Shown piece after piece: positions 51,001-59,612 of a DNA stretch of 64,000 nt (positions are counted from its first letter, which is position 1; each line of letters starts with the position of its first letter). The notes under the pieces are model-generated. The model saw only the letters and a program-made list of their open reading frames with translations. It ran no database searches and had not been told where the DNA came from. Position numbers and translations under genes: made by a program. The stretch comes from Candidatus Poribacteria bacterium (GTDB lineage Bacteria > Poribacteria > WGA-4E > UBA9662), in NCBI GenBank assembly GCA_036339735.1, contig JAYZAL010000047.1, forward strand, positions 32,001 through 96,000, read 5' to 3'.

Positions 51001-51428
51001 TAAGAATTAATGTCCTCAGTTGCAGCTTCCCAAAACTCTTGAAACCCCTTGATTGATTCAGTATATTTGCCCTGACGAAACCAAGCAATTGCTATACCTC
51101 GAACGGCATCTAAGCGTAAGGAGCTATTTGGGTGTTCTGCTGTCAAGCGCTTGAAGTTTTGAATGGCTATACCGTATTGTTCTAAATTAAGCGCTGATTC
51201 ACCAACTAACAGGCGGGCATCGTCAACATTTTTACTTTCAGGATATTTCTGGATAAAGATCTCGAATTGGTCCTTGGCAACGGCATACGCTTTTTTTTCG
51301 TATAATTTATAGGCAAATGTATAATCTTCACGCTCACCGGCATTTGCCGTAATGGTACAAAACAGGCATAAGAGTACAAAGAAATGAGGTAGGAATCTTG
51401 AGATCGATTGCTTATCGTAAGACTTCAT
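48096..51428 (-). CDS. Large secreted TPR protein (about 25 BamD/CpoB-type repeats)
   Basis: Signal peptide ending TANA; repeated 'YP.S..ADDAQY.IA' units; alternative start at 51446. Confidence 0.9.
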   Translation of the reverse strand: MKSYDKQSISRFLPHFFVLLCLFCTITANAGEREDYTFAYKLYEKKAYAVAKDQFEIFIQKYPESKNVDDARLLVGESALNLEQYGIAIQNFKRLTAEHPNSSLRLDAVRGIAIAWFRQGKYTESIKGFQEFWEAATEDINSYSPEVISESIYLIGESYEKLGLYQKSREYYDQILTDYPQTKQSADALYSIAWVDYRLKKFQKAHDQLLLFVDQYPDHSATIEATYRAAESLFQMYEWQEAQIEFQQFIDRYQNHSHQDQNLLRQYITDARFRLGECYFQQKMMTEARDTFTYLLDESEKSSLSAEAQYWIGEILAEEDKVNEAIYEYQKVIRLYPDSTVADNAQYGIAMVYFNLGTNTQDYTEAKTAFKLVADDLNSELSDAARFRMGECFRLSREFNSAILNYQKVREDSPYADDAQYQIAISYFELRDYQSAVSVIESLLKLTPNTDLKPYALYHLGLSYFNLRQYSESASAFDNYFITLDDRKLSTTSADEALYWKARALFEAENYNEVIIVCNTLIQRYPESQFRQQADFFIAESTYWQEESKSAYQSARQKYQDLLDKESDEEWAEKYRFGVGWTYFSEAVLSDGNEQDRLYGQAVISWQEMIKKHPSGSYSDQAQYHQGVAQSNLRRYQKAINTFSELLQTYQTSNWRDDAQYQIGWSFYKLERYNDAIMAFQEQLRSFPASQLEPKAIFGIANAYFKLGKYASAITEYRRVIENFPNLKLQTGRPGAEKTFDLRPEAQYYVAESYINLKNYQKAIQGYQKVIEHYPKSLWADDAQYGIATAHEDQGKSEQALQAYNYLIKNYPDSPLAPDVQIHIGRFYFIQKNYSRAISEFQKVIDQYGRSESSSLARYHIGKSYLEIGSFKQAIAAFEKVSKKSELAATSRYEAGYVWYNKNNPGRNLEKAIAAFLSVAREYPSSNDAPQALLLAGNCNQELLRWGEAAEIYRTILDKYASSEQAKMTQLLLGHVYRAQKQYTQAISAYAKIRDGGSDQYPVEIVIDAELRLAETLSLNGQYYEAGSTYLRVRHLREQHSPLTALHAAVRAADAYVKAKKELLAKDSYEDAISLYKNYISSVNTNQKKDWNQLHQYATKMYQELLRKIQ

Positions 51429-51519
51429 TTTGAAATATCCGATCACGCTGTTGTTGGTGGGGCTTATGGCTGTAAAAGCAGGAGGCCATTTTGATCGAAA
51501 ATCCGCCGGTCAATTTTCA

Positions 51520-51548
51520 ATTATATCACTGGTTTTTGGTCTTTTCAA
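51520..51548 (-). promoter_or_regulatory. sigma70 promoter for the TPR-barrel-ExbB-TonB cluster
   Basis: Minus strand TTGAAA-N17-TATAAT with TG extension. Confidence 0.7.
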
Positions 51549-51673
51549 CTTACGCAATACAATCATATACAGCATTAGAAGCAACAAACAAAATCAAAAA
51601 AGCCAAGGAACCAGTACGATAAATGTATCATTTTGGGCTGATAAATTTCGAGCTGAATTAGAAAGATACTAAT

Positions 51674-52678
51674 CTAGGTAGTCGTGTAGTCTTCCTCAGA
51701 TACGATAGTCTCAGTTTCAGCCTCGACTGCCTCAATTGCTTTTGTATCGCTTTCAGTTTGAATGAAATTACCGTCGGCATCCCGAGTTGTTTCGCTATTA
51801 CTTAAGGGATCAAAACTTTTGACAAACTGACCATCAATAAAGAGCGTAACTTCACTAGTTTCTTCACTGACTACAATAGCAGCCATAACCTCATCCAAGG
51901 ATGAAGCATAAAGTGCTGCATTATGTCGCGCACTACCCTTGGTTAAACGCTCAACCTTGTCGTATACGCGATAAGTTCTTACACCTTCAACCATCATACA
52001 AGTGCGGAATGCAACACCTTGTAAGTCGATCAATAAAGCACCATCTCGCTCTTCGTGTCCGGTTACTTTCCCTGTCTCATCTCGCAAAAACGTTTTTTCA
52101 CCCATGAAGGCTAAAACTTCATTCACTTTGGTTGAGAAAATGTGGGGCAGGAAGTCAATCCCTTTATATTTACTCTGGTCGAGATGTTCCAATTGGCCAT
52201 CGTGAAACTCAGAAAAGTTCTCACCAGCCATATTTCTGTAGTCAGCCAATACTACAAATAACCCTCGGTTTTTCTCCATTCCTCGACTGGACATAGCAAA
52301 ATGCCGAGCTAGTGAATATAACTTGTTGATATAGAGTTGAATCAAGTCTTTTCTGTCAGATTGCAATTTTTCGATTTGTGTCCGATTCAAACCCAATCCA
52401 TTGATCGTTTCCTCTACAACACTATCGATATTTTCTTTTGTCTTTTCCTCAATTTCCGACAATTTAATCTGCAATTCGTTATAATTTTCGGATAATTCTG
52501 TTAGACTAGTAGAACGTTCCTCCAGTTCTTCCTCTTGTTCGAGTTTAGTTTCTAATAACTGTTCTCTTTCCCCTACTAAAGTTTTAATCTCTTTTTCTAG
52601 CTCATGGCAACGCTCCTGAAGCTGTTTTTGTTCACTCAGCATACTACGGTATTTTTGCCCACTTAAAATTTTAAACAT
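51674..52678 (-). CDS. Diadenylate cyclase (DisA_N/DAC domain) with N-terminal coiled coil
   Basis: GLFVVL, RDGALLID (DGA), GSARHNAA (RHR-like), AIVVSEETSEVTLF; RBS AGGAG before ATG 52678. Confidence 0.85.
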   Translation of the reverse strand: MFKILSGQKYRSMLSEQKQLQERCHELEKEIKTLVGEREQLLETKLEQEEELEERSTSLTELSENYNELQIKLSEIEEKTKENIDSVVEETINGLGLNRTQIEKLQSDRKDLIQLYINKLYSLARHFAMSSRGMEKNRGLFVVLADYRNMAGENFSEFHDGQLEHLDQSKYKGIDFLPHIFSTKVNEVLAFMGEKTFLRDETGKVTGHEERDGALLIDLQGVAFRTCMMVEGVRTYRVYDKVERLTKGSARHNAALYASSLDEVMAAIVVSEETSEVTLFIDGQFVKSFDPLSNSETTRDADGNFIQTESDTKAIEAVEAETETIVSEEDYTTT

Positions 52679-54269
52679 CACAACTTCTCCTTTTTCCTTT
52701 CCTGAAAAAGACAAATACCAGTAACAAAGATAAGATTATAATAGTCACGAGCAGGTAATAATAGACCAAATAGAACGATTGTAATTTTTGTCCAGCTAGT
52801 TTGTGAGCTTCGCTATTTCTTTCTGCTGTTTTTAAAGCCTTTCTCAAATATTTTTTTGCAATCTCTGGCTTGTTTGTTCTTGTTGCGAGTTCCCCCATCA
52901 CTATGAGGTAAGTGGCTGGCAGATCTGCCTGTCCCATTACATCTAAAAAAGAGTCATACAACATACTAGTAAAAGAATCAGAAAACGATGGAAAATCCAA
53001 GGTACCTTCAATCCCACTTTGGAAAGCTTGGATTGCATCTTGGTATTCAGACAAATCGTACAGCATCTGTGCTAATTGAAACCAATTCTTTTCTGTTAGG
53101 TTTAGGTGAACGTCAATTGGTTTAACCCCCTGATATATGAAACTTGCTGCTCCATAATGTCGCTGGTTCCCTTTTGCTAAAATTGTATATGACTTACCTA
53201 CTTCAAGGTAACCATTTGTCCAATCATCAAATACAAATTGACCTGTACCTTCTATTTTAATCTGGTAATCAGTATCCAAAATTTCAACAATCAATGAGCG
53301 AATACTCGACAAAGATTCACTCTTACCTCTCACTGAGATTGGTTCCAACTGGTATCTAATCGAAGTTTGTTGACCAGGTACAATTGAAATTTTCGGCAAG
53401 ATTAGTTTTTTGAGTTGGTATCCCGACTTGTGCAATTCAATAAAACGAGCCATTTGGTCTAATTTATCGGTCAGGCGTAGCTCAGTTTGGCCGATTTTCG
53501 TACCATTCATCATAACCGAGGCTGCTGTTGGGTTCCCCCAAATCTTAACCATAGCAGGTAGTTTGAATAAAACTTTTTCTAGGTCTCCTGTTGGTACGAA
53601 AACTCCAGAATGAAGAGAACGAGATAACAATGTCTCGTAAATTTCAGAAATCGTCAGTTGGCGATTATCATCAGTGTCCGCAATAGATGGGTCATCAAAA
53701 AGGGCTTTCAAGCCGACGATTAGCCCCACACTTGAGTTCATGCCCGTTGAACCACTTATAACCGAGACAAGAGCTGATTGGCCAAGCTGTTGCCGATTAG
53801 CATAAAAAGCTCCCAAATTACTATTTGGGGTAATACAGTCTAACAAAACAGTGGAGTCAATTTTTTCTAACCAACGATTTATGTTTTGGCCACTAATCAA
53901 ATCATCACCTTTCAAAACAAAGTAGATTTGATTGTTCGCATTTGGTGTAGTAATCCGGCCTCGGAATAAAAAAATCAACCGGTCATGTGTACTAAACGAA
54001 TTCCTGATTTTTGTGATTGATCTCTGTATGTCATTTTTACTACACTCCTCACCTGTTAGAGAAACAATTCGAGAACTTATACCCATAGACGATTCAAAGT
54101 CTTTCACAAAGTGAGCACTAGAAAAATCATCTGTTGTATCCACTACTAGCCACCACAAGATTCCGTTATCATTATCGGCGAAGCAACTAAGATTATAGAA
54201 GAGAAGAAAAAAAATCCAAAATACTAGGTTACTTATGCAAAGAACGTGGTACCTGAACAAATGTTTCAT
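52671..54269 (-). CDS. Exported, membrane-anchored protein: degenerate caspase-like (C14) domain + PEGA + TPR + C-terminal TM
   Basis: Signal peptide; LTGEECSKNDI...DRLIFLFRGR...VLLDC...ADTDDNRQLTISEIY; PEGA 'NPTAASVMMNG.KIGQT...KSGY'; TM followed by RKGKRR. Confidence 0.6.
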   Translation of the reverse strand: MKHLFRYHVLCISNLVFWIFFLLFYNLSCFADNDNGILWWLVVDTTDDFSSAHFVKDFESSMGISSRIVSLTGEECSKNDIQRSITKIRNSFSTHDRLIFLFRGRITTPNANNQIYFVLKGDDLISGQNINRWLEKIDSTVLLDCITPNSNLGAFYANRQQLGQSALVSVISGSTGMNSSVGLIVGLKALFDDPSIADTDDNRQLTISEIYETLLSRSLHSGVFVPTGDLEKVLFKLPAMVKIWGNPTAASVMMNGTKIGQTELRLTDKLDQMARFIELHKSGYQLKKLILPKISIVPGQQTSIRYQLEPISVRGKSESLSSIRSLIVEILDTDYQIKIEGTGQFVFDDWTNGYLEVGKSYTILAKGNQRHYGAASFIYQGVKPIDVHLNLTEKNWFQLAQMLYDLSEYQDAIQAFQSGIEGTLDFPSFSDSFTSMLYDSFLDVMGQADLPATYLIVMGELATRTNKPEIAKKYLRKALKTAERNSEAHKLAGQKLQSFYLVYYYLLVTIIILSLLLVFVFFRKGKRRSCDV

Positions 54270-54342
54270 GTTTAGCCTAAAGACACAAACAAGTAGTTTT
54301 TTTACAAGTTATGCTGTGTGTGCACCATACAGGTAATCACAA

Positions 54343-55338
54343 TTATTCAGATCGCACACCAGCTTCCAATACAGGACTAGAGCGTGGGTCTAAGACTTCA
54401 TCAACACCATAAAACTGTTCGCTATTTCGGCTATTACTCTGCTCAACCCTTGCTAGATTATTATTGCCCCGGATAAAATTGTCTCGCAATCTTCCTCCTT
54501 CATAAACGGCCCATCCACTGTTACTTGTAATATTGTTTGCGGTGATTTCCGGATCGGCAGAAGCGTAACAAGCTACTCCATATTGATAATTTGTGGAAAT
54601 GTCATTATGATGGATGTTGGGTCGGGCATCATCGTTGCAAACGACACCGTACTCATTTGCCTGAAGTCTATTATAGCTTATTTCACTTTCAGCCCCTTGA
54701 TCACACTGAATACCAGTACCATTCTTATTGATCTCATTTTGAGTGATAAAGGGTGAAGTGTCCTGACATAAAATTCCGATTTCGTTCTCAACAATCAGAC
54801 ATCGTTCGATATGAACAGTGTCTGATTGACAAAGTAGCGCTGTTGATGCATGTTGTAAACGACAATAGGTCAGACGAGCGTTTGGGCTAGTTGGCAGAAT
54901 CCTCACACCTAACCAGTCCCCTGATTTAGGCAACTCAAATTCATCTTCCGTGCCTAAAGAGCCAAAAACAATCATTCCTTCTGTGTTACCTTCTGCATAA
55001 AAAGAACCGTAGACAATCAATTGATGAGTTCCAACTAAAGGGTCAAAACCTATAATAGCACCCGGCTTTATTGTAAGAGTAACACCTTCAGGCACCACTA
55101 CATCACCCGTAATTTGAATCACACCTGCCCAGACCTCATTTTTTTCAAGCTCTCCCGACTTGTAAAGAGGCCGGCTACGTGTACCTACTTTCGAATTCGT
55201 TATGCCAGAGCAACCTAAACTCAGCCAAGTCAGAAAAAGAAAAAACGAAAAAAACAAGTTTCGGGAGTGATAAGGAGGTATAAAAAATCGAGTTGGCTTA
55301 TACTGCTGCGGACTGAATAAGAAATCAATCTTCCTCAT
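54343..55338 (-). CDS. Right-handed parallel beta-helix lipoprotein (NosD/pectin-lyase-like)
   Basis: Lipobox SLGC; 'W.G.I.ITGDVVVPEGVTLTIKPG', GDWLG, repeated I..N.I..N..GI.C. Confidence 0.82.
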   Translation of the reverse strand: MRKIDFLFSPQQYKPTRFFIPPYHSRNLFFSFFLFLTWLSLGCSGITNSKVGTRSRPLYKSGELEKNEVWAGVIQITGDVVVPEGVTLTIKPGAIIGFDPLVGTHQLIVYGSFYAEGNTEGMIVFGSLGTEDEFELPKSGDWLGVRILPTSPNARLTYCRLQHASTALLCQSDTVHIERCLIVENEIGILCQDTSPFITQNEINKNGTGIQCDQGAESEISYNRLQANEYGVVCNDDARPNIHHNDISTNYQYGVACYASADPEITANNITSNSGWAVYEGGRLRDNFIRGNNNLARVEQSNSRNSEQFYGVDEVLDPRSSPVLEAGVRSE

Positions 55339-56252
55339 TTGATAAGGAATCTAACAACTCCACGAGGCAATCGGTGATCAGAAGGGAGAAGATACTGACG
55401 CATATCGACAAGATTATCTAGGGACTCGCCATTAGGCTGAGTCAATTTCGGGCTTTTCCCCTTTATAGATTTGACTCGAATTTCACTCGTTCCAGCCTTT
55501 ACTGCACGGAACTTGGCTATTGCGATTATTTCACCTTCCTGACCTATAGCGATTGGCTTTTGCCCCTTAGTCAACGTAAGTGCAATCTGCATTTGACCGG
55601 CTCGTGAATCTAAATTCAAATCATGAAAAACAGGGAGGCTTGATTTCGCAAATTTAGTACTTGGGTAAGCTTCGACCCCAAGTGGGAAAAATCGACTTCG
55701 ATTATACTCTAATTCTAGTGCCACACCGAACAAATCTGATACATTTTTCAGGCGAATGTGGAGTAGCATTTCATCTCCAACTTTATAGGAAGTTTGTGGG
55801 CTAGAAATACTGAGAAGTGGTATCCCGACTGGGTCGAGTCTGATATTGGCAATTACTGCTCCATCCCCAACATAATCAATAACATGACGTCCTGTCAAAA
55901 CCAATTCACCAAACTCATACCCTTTCACATCGACGATCCTTCCTTCACCCATCGGGACTTTCAATTTGGCAATTTGTGGCTGAACCGTGCCTAGCGAAAT
56001 TTTTTTAATCACAGGAGGGTCAAACGAAAACTCAGCACCATAACGGTCAAAGCGTAGAACTTCAATTTCAATATCCAGATTTTGGGAAAGATCCATCTGT
56101 CCGTAAGCAGAAGGAGCAAATGCTATCTGTACTGAAACATCATCAGTAGTAGGAGTAAGCTCTCCTTCGTAGTCCCGCTCACACCCTACGAAGAAAACGA
56201 GCATCACATAGGGGAAAAAATACGTGCAAATCATCAAAGCCAAGCGGTTCAT
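55335..56252 (-). CDS. Lipoprotein with C-terminal cohesin domain
   Basis: Lipobox FVGC; 'VGDEMLLHIRLKNVSDLFGVALELEYNRSRF...GEIIAIAKFRAVKAGTSEI' cohesin pattern. Confidence 0.72.
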   Translation of the reverse strand: MNRLALMICTYFFPYVMLVFFVGCERDYEGELTPTTDDVSVQIAFAPSAYGQMDLSQNLDIEIEVLRFDRYGAEFSFDPPVIKKISLGTVQPQIAKLKVPMGEGRIVDVKGYEFGELVLTGRHVIDYVGDGAVIANIRLDPVGIPLLSISSPQTSYKVGDEMLLHIRLKNVSDLFGVALELEYNRSRFFPLGVEAYPSTKFAKSSLPVFHDLNLDSRAGQMQIALTLTKGQKPIAIGQEGEIIAIAKFRAVKAGTSEIRVKSIKGKSPKLTQPNGESLDNLVDMRQYLLPSDHRLPRGVVRFLIK

Positions 56253-56271
56253 CAAAAAAATCCTGTGTCCT

Positions 56272-59200
56272 TTATTTCAAAATAACAAATCGGCGTTGGG
56301 ACGAAAAAACATCCGATTGGGCATCTTGGCTATTGGTTTCCGCGAAGAAGTGGTAGAAATAGACTCCACTGGAAACTAACTCTCCAGTATCGTTTGTACC
56401 ATCCCATTTTAGAGATCGAGACTGATCTGTGTAGTATCCTGCTTTTTTGTAACCAAGATTAAAAATCCGAATAGTTTCCCCTTTCTGATTATAAATTTCA
56501 ATTTTGACCGTAGCAGCTTGAGATAATTGGTAGGGAATCCAAGTCTCAGGGTTGAATGGGTTAGGATAGTTGGGCAAGAGTTTGCTAACAGAAGGTATCA
56601 AAGAATTTTCTGATCGACTGACCATTTGTTCTAATGCGAATAGTAGTTCAGGGTTACCATCTATTTCCCTGAGTTTTTGGTAAATTTCATTATATATTAG
56701 TCTGTCATTCTCGTTGGTCATTGGACCCAATTTGTCGATTGATTCTGATTCAGTCGGAGCTTTCCTTATGCGCGTATTTCGCCAATTCTGGCTGATCGGG
56801 ACAATATCATCTTGGTTAATGATCCCATCTCCGTTGGCATCCGCATAAGTAGCAACTTTATCTTTCCAGGCTACAGCAGGTTGAAGTTTCCAGCTATTAT
56901 CGCCTTTGTCACGCACTGGCCCAATACTTCCCCAGAATTGGCCTAGTGGTAACACATCGAAAACATCAACCTGACCGTCTCGATTCGTATCCCCTGGCCA
57001 AACGATCAAACCCGTACGAAATACGATGTCACTGGCTTCAACGTATTTGCCACTCATGTCCTCAATTACACTGCTGACACTAATCGTAATCTCTTCTTCT
57101 GAGCGAAAAATTGACTGAGGGTCAAATAAAATCAAGTTGGATCCCTCAATTTTGAACTGAGTCTGTTGAGAGGAGTAAGTTTTACTGGACTCATCTGCTA
57201 ACTTCCCACGGACCTGAATGCTAAATGGTGTAATAGTCTCTTCCCGTAATTGAGCGAAAGTTGGCATTCGTATCCGAATTTTAGTAGTGACTTCAACGTT
57301 GTCCAGTCGGTTTGGCTCAACTAATCGCCAAATTTCACCCTGTTGTTGGACACTTGCAACTTCCTGTTGAATATTCCAGAACAAAATTGTTCCGTCGAGT
57401 GAACTTGACGCCAAAATGTTGGTGCCATCATTCCGCTCAGTAAAGGTCAGCCCCGTCACTTTATCAGTATGACCACGGAATAATTTCGGTCCCTTTTGTA
57501 AACTTGAGTAATTCCATACCCAAACAGCATCACCAATTCCTGCGGCAAAGAAGCGACCATCTTTCGACAAACATACCGCACGAACTTTTCCTGAAGATAT
57601 ATTACGATCTACGTTGAACTGTCCATTGCGACCGACTTTCCCTCCAGCCAAAACTTCCCAAGTTTGAACCGACCCGTTTTCTAATCCTACAACAAACCTA
57701 TTGTCGCCTTTTACTCTACTAAAACTTACAGCTGTTAAAGACCCACCGGCCGGTACAGTTACAATTTCTTGTAACCCATCTTTATCTGACAAGCTAAAGA
57801 GTGCAATCTGTCCATTTGAAGTAACCACAATCATCAGTGTTCCATCATAGTTGAAATCGACATCCTGAGCAGAAACATTGACAAACATGTCATCATTACC
57901 AAAAGGACTTCCTCCTTTCCGACGAACTCTCAGGCTACCGTCGGTGGCTACTGACGCTACCCAATCCCTCTGTGCAGAAAATCGAACTGAGTTAAGAATC
58001 GATAGAGGTGGATGGCTATTACCAAACTGCCCATTGATGTTTTTAGGAGGATCCGTGGATAAGTCAGTAACTTCGACTTGATTTGTTTTTGTAGCAACGG
58101 CCAAATCTAAACCTGACGGCGCATAATCAAGGCTAACAATTGGGCTGGGAGAGGTCAGTGTCACAACTGGTAACAAGTCTTTTTGATTCCAAATTATGAT
58201 TTCTTGTGACTGATATGCAGCAACAATTCTGCCATTTGGCTGGTTTGGAAAGCTAACATCAATCACTTGAGAATAAAAGTCATTAAAAGGTAGAACCGTT
58301 CGAGCAGGTACTTCCACCACACCAATCTCAAAGTGTACCAGAGATTCGCCAAAGGGGTTGTTTTCAGCACCGACAATGAGTTCCGTATCATATGGGTGGA
58401 ATGCTAATGATATACCGGTGGATGCAAAATCTCTCTTCAAAATTTGAGGAGGTTTTGGGGTCGCATCCGATGTGTAAAGTTCCCAAATCCGCAAGGTTTT
58501 ATCCGTTGCATAAGCAATAAGATTCTTATTGCCCATGTAGAAAGCTAAATCGTAAAGTTTTTCAGCCCCCAGCTGTTGCCAAAATTGTGGCTTAGGATTT
58601 TTAACTTCTTGGATGTAAATGTCAGAAGTATTGTTGCTGAGGTTATATGTACCGACAAAAAGGAACTTTCCGTCGTAATTATAAGCGATTTTTTGTATTT
58701 CGGTCTGACGCCCGTAGACGCCCTTTTGAATTCCGCGGAAGACTGATTCGTTGACACCTTTACGCCATAAGTGGAGCTCTCGTGTCGTTGCTACTGCTAA
58801 CATCTGATCATAACCAGTTGGCGCAGGATCGAATAGAAGATCTTTAACACTCCCTTCTAAACTCAGAACTTGGGCTTGTGAAAAAGTTGGAAGATTGTTT
58901 CCGGCTTCCTGAACTCTTACTTCAATCGAATAGATATACACGAGACTCGATGCAAGATTTTCATCTTGTCGGTTTTCCGTTAATGCAACCACTAACCAAT
59001 TTCCATCTCCACTTACTGTAACGGAATCAACTGTCTTTCCTTGAACCAAGGCTGGCGTTTCGATAATCAATCGTGGATCGACCAGATCGACAAATTTTAA
59101 TCCTTCATCAGTTGCTAGAGCGATCAGTTGGTTGGAAATGAATGCCAGATCGTTAATGTAACCATCTTGCCGGTAGAATCCAATCTGTCGATTGTTTTCG

Positions 59201-59427
59201 GTATCGATCAAACGCAATCCGATAGTGGTTGCTACGGCAAGTCGTTTGCCATTAGGCGAATAAGCGGCCTGACGAATAGTTCCATAGCCAATTCGACCGA
59301 TTGATCCAGTCGGCAAATAGCTATTAGCATCAGCCAAGCAAACCCACACAAACAAAAACGCGAAAAAACTAAGAAGTTGCGCGATAAAACGACTGAATGG
59401 ACTTAAATTCACTGGAATTAATTTCAC
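56272..59427 (-). CDS. Secreted WD40 beta-propeller + Ig-like + dockerin + FlgD-like C-terminal domain protein
   Basis: WD40 (AYSPNGKRLAV, GHTDKV...LASSSLDGTILFW); twin EF-hand loops GDTNRDGQVDVFD and ADANGDGIINQDD; LLPNYPNPFNPETWIPYQL...WDGTND.GE.VSSGVYFY. Confidence 0.85.
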   Translation of the reverse strand: MKLIPVNLSPFSRFIAQLLSFFAFLFVWVCLADANSYLPTGSIGRIGYGTIRQAAYSPNGKRLAVATTIGLRLIDTENNRQIGFYRQDGYINDLAFISNQLIALATDEGLKFVDLVDPRLIIETPALVQGKTVDSVTVSGDGNWLVVALTENRQDENLASSLVYIYSIEVRVQEAGNNLPTFSQAQVLSLEGSVKDLLFDPAPTGYDQMLAVATTRELHLWRKGVNESVFRGIQKGVYGRQTEIQKIAYNYDGKFLFVGTYNLSNNTSDIYIQEVKNPKPQFWQQLGAEKLYDLAFYMGNKNLIAYATDKTLRIWELYTSDATPKPPQILKRDFASTGISLAFHPYDTELIVGAENNPFGESLVHFEIGVVEVPARTVLPFNDFYSQVIDVSFPNQPNGRIVAAYQSQEIIIWNQKDLLPVVTLTSPSPIVSLDYAPSGLDLAVATKTNQVEVTDLSTDPPKNINGQFGNSHPPLSILNSVRFSAQRDWVASVATDGSLRVRRKGGSPFGNDDMFVNVSAQDVDFNYDGTLMIVVTSNGQIALFSLSDKDGLQEIVTVPAGGSLTAVSFSRVKGDNRFVVGLENGSVQTWEVLAGGKVGRNGQFNVDRNISSGKVRAVCLSKDGRFFAAGIGDAVWVWNYSSLQKGPKLFRGHTDKVTGLTFTERNDGTNILASSSLDGTILFWNIQQEVASVQQQGEIWRLVEPNRLDNVEVTTKIRIRMPTFAQLREETITPFSIQVRGKLADESSKTYSSQQTQFKIEGSNLILFDPQSIFRSEEEITISVSSVIEDMSGKYVEASDIVFRTGLIVWPGDTNRDGQVDVFDVLPLGQFWGSIGPVRDKGDNSWKLQPAVAWKDKVATYADANGDGIINQDDIVPISQNWRNTRIRKAPTESESIDKLGPMTNENDRLIYNEIYQKLREIDGNPELLFALEQMVSRSENSLIPSVSKLLPNYPNPFNPETWIPYQLSQAATVKIEIYNQKGETIRIFNLGYKKAGYYTDQSRSLKWDGTNDTGELVSSGVYFYHFFAETNSQDAQSDVFSSQRRFVILK

Positions 59428-59564
59428 CTAAACTATTTTTGTTTCAATTTTTTAAACATTGGCCTTTCTTTTTCCACGCAATACAGTCCAAGAATATTCT
59501 TGAGTTATTACAGCCACCCTGTTTCCGAAAAGACCAGACCTAAGCTCTACACTCGCCATCCAAT

Positions 59565-59593
59565 AATTTAGCATAGGAGGTAGAATGTGTCAA
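59565..59593 (-). promoter_or_regulatory. sigma70 promoter for the WD40-dockerin operon
   Basis: Minus strand TTGACA-N17-TAAATT with TG extension. Confidence 0.55.
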
Positions 59594-59612
59594 CAGTCAA
59601 GCCTAACTAGAA

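Noticed and set aside
51430-51672. 80-aa plus-strand ORF
   Set aside because: Antisense to the operon, overlaps a clear minus-strand promoter, no RBS or family signal
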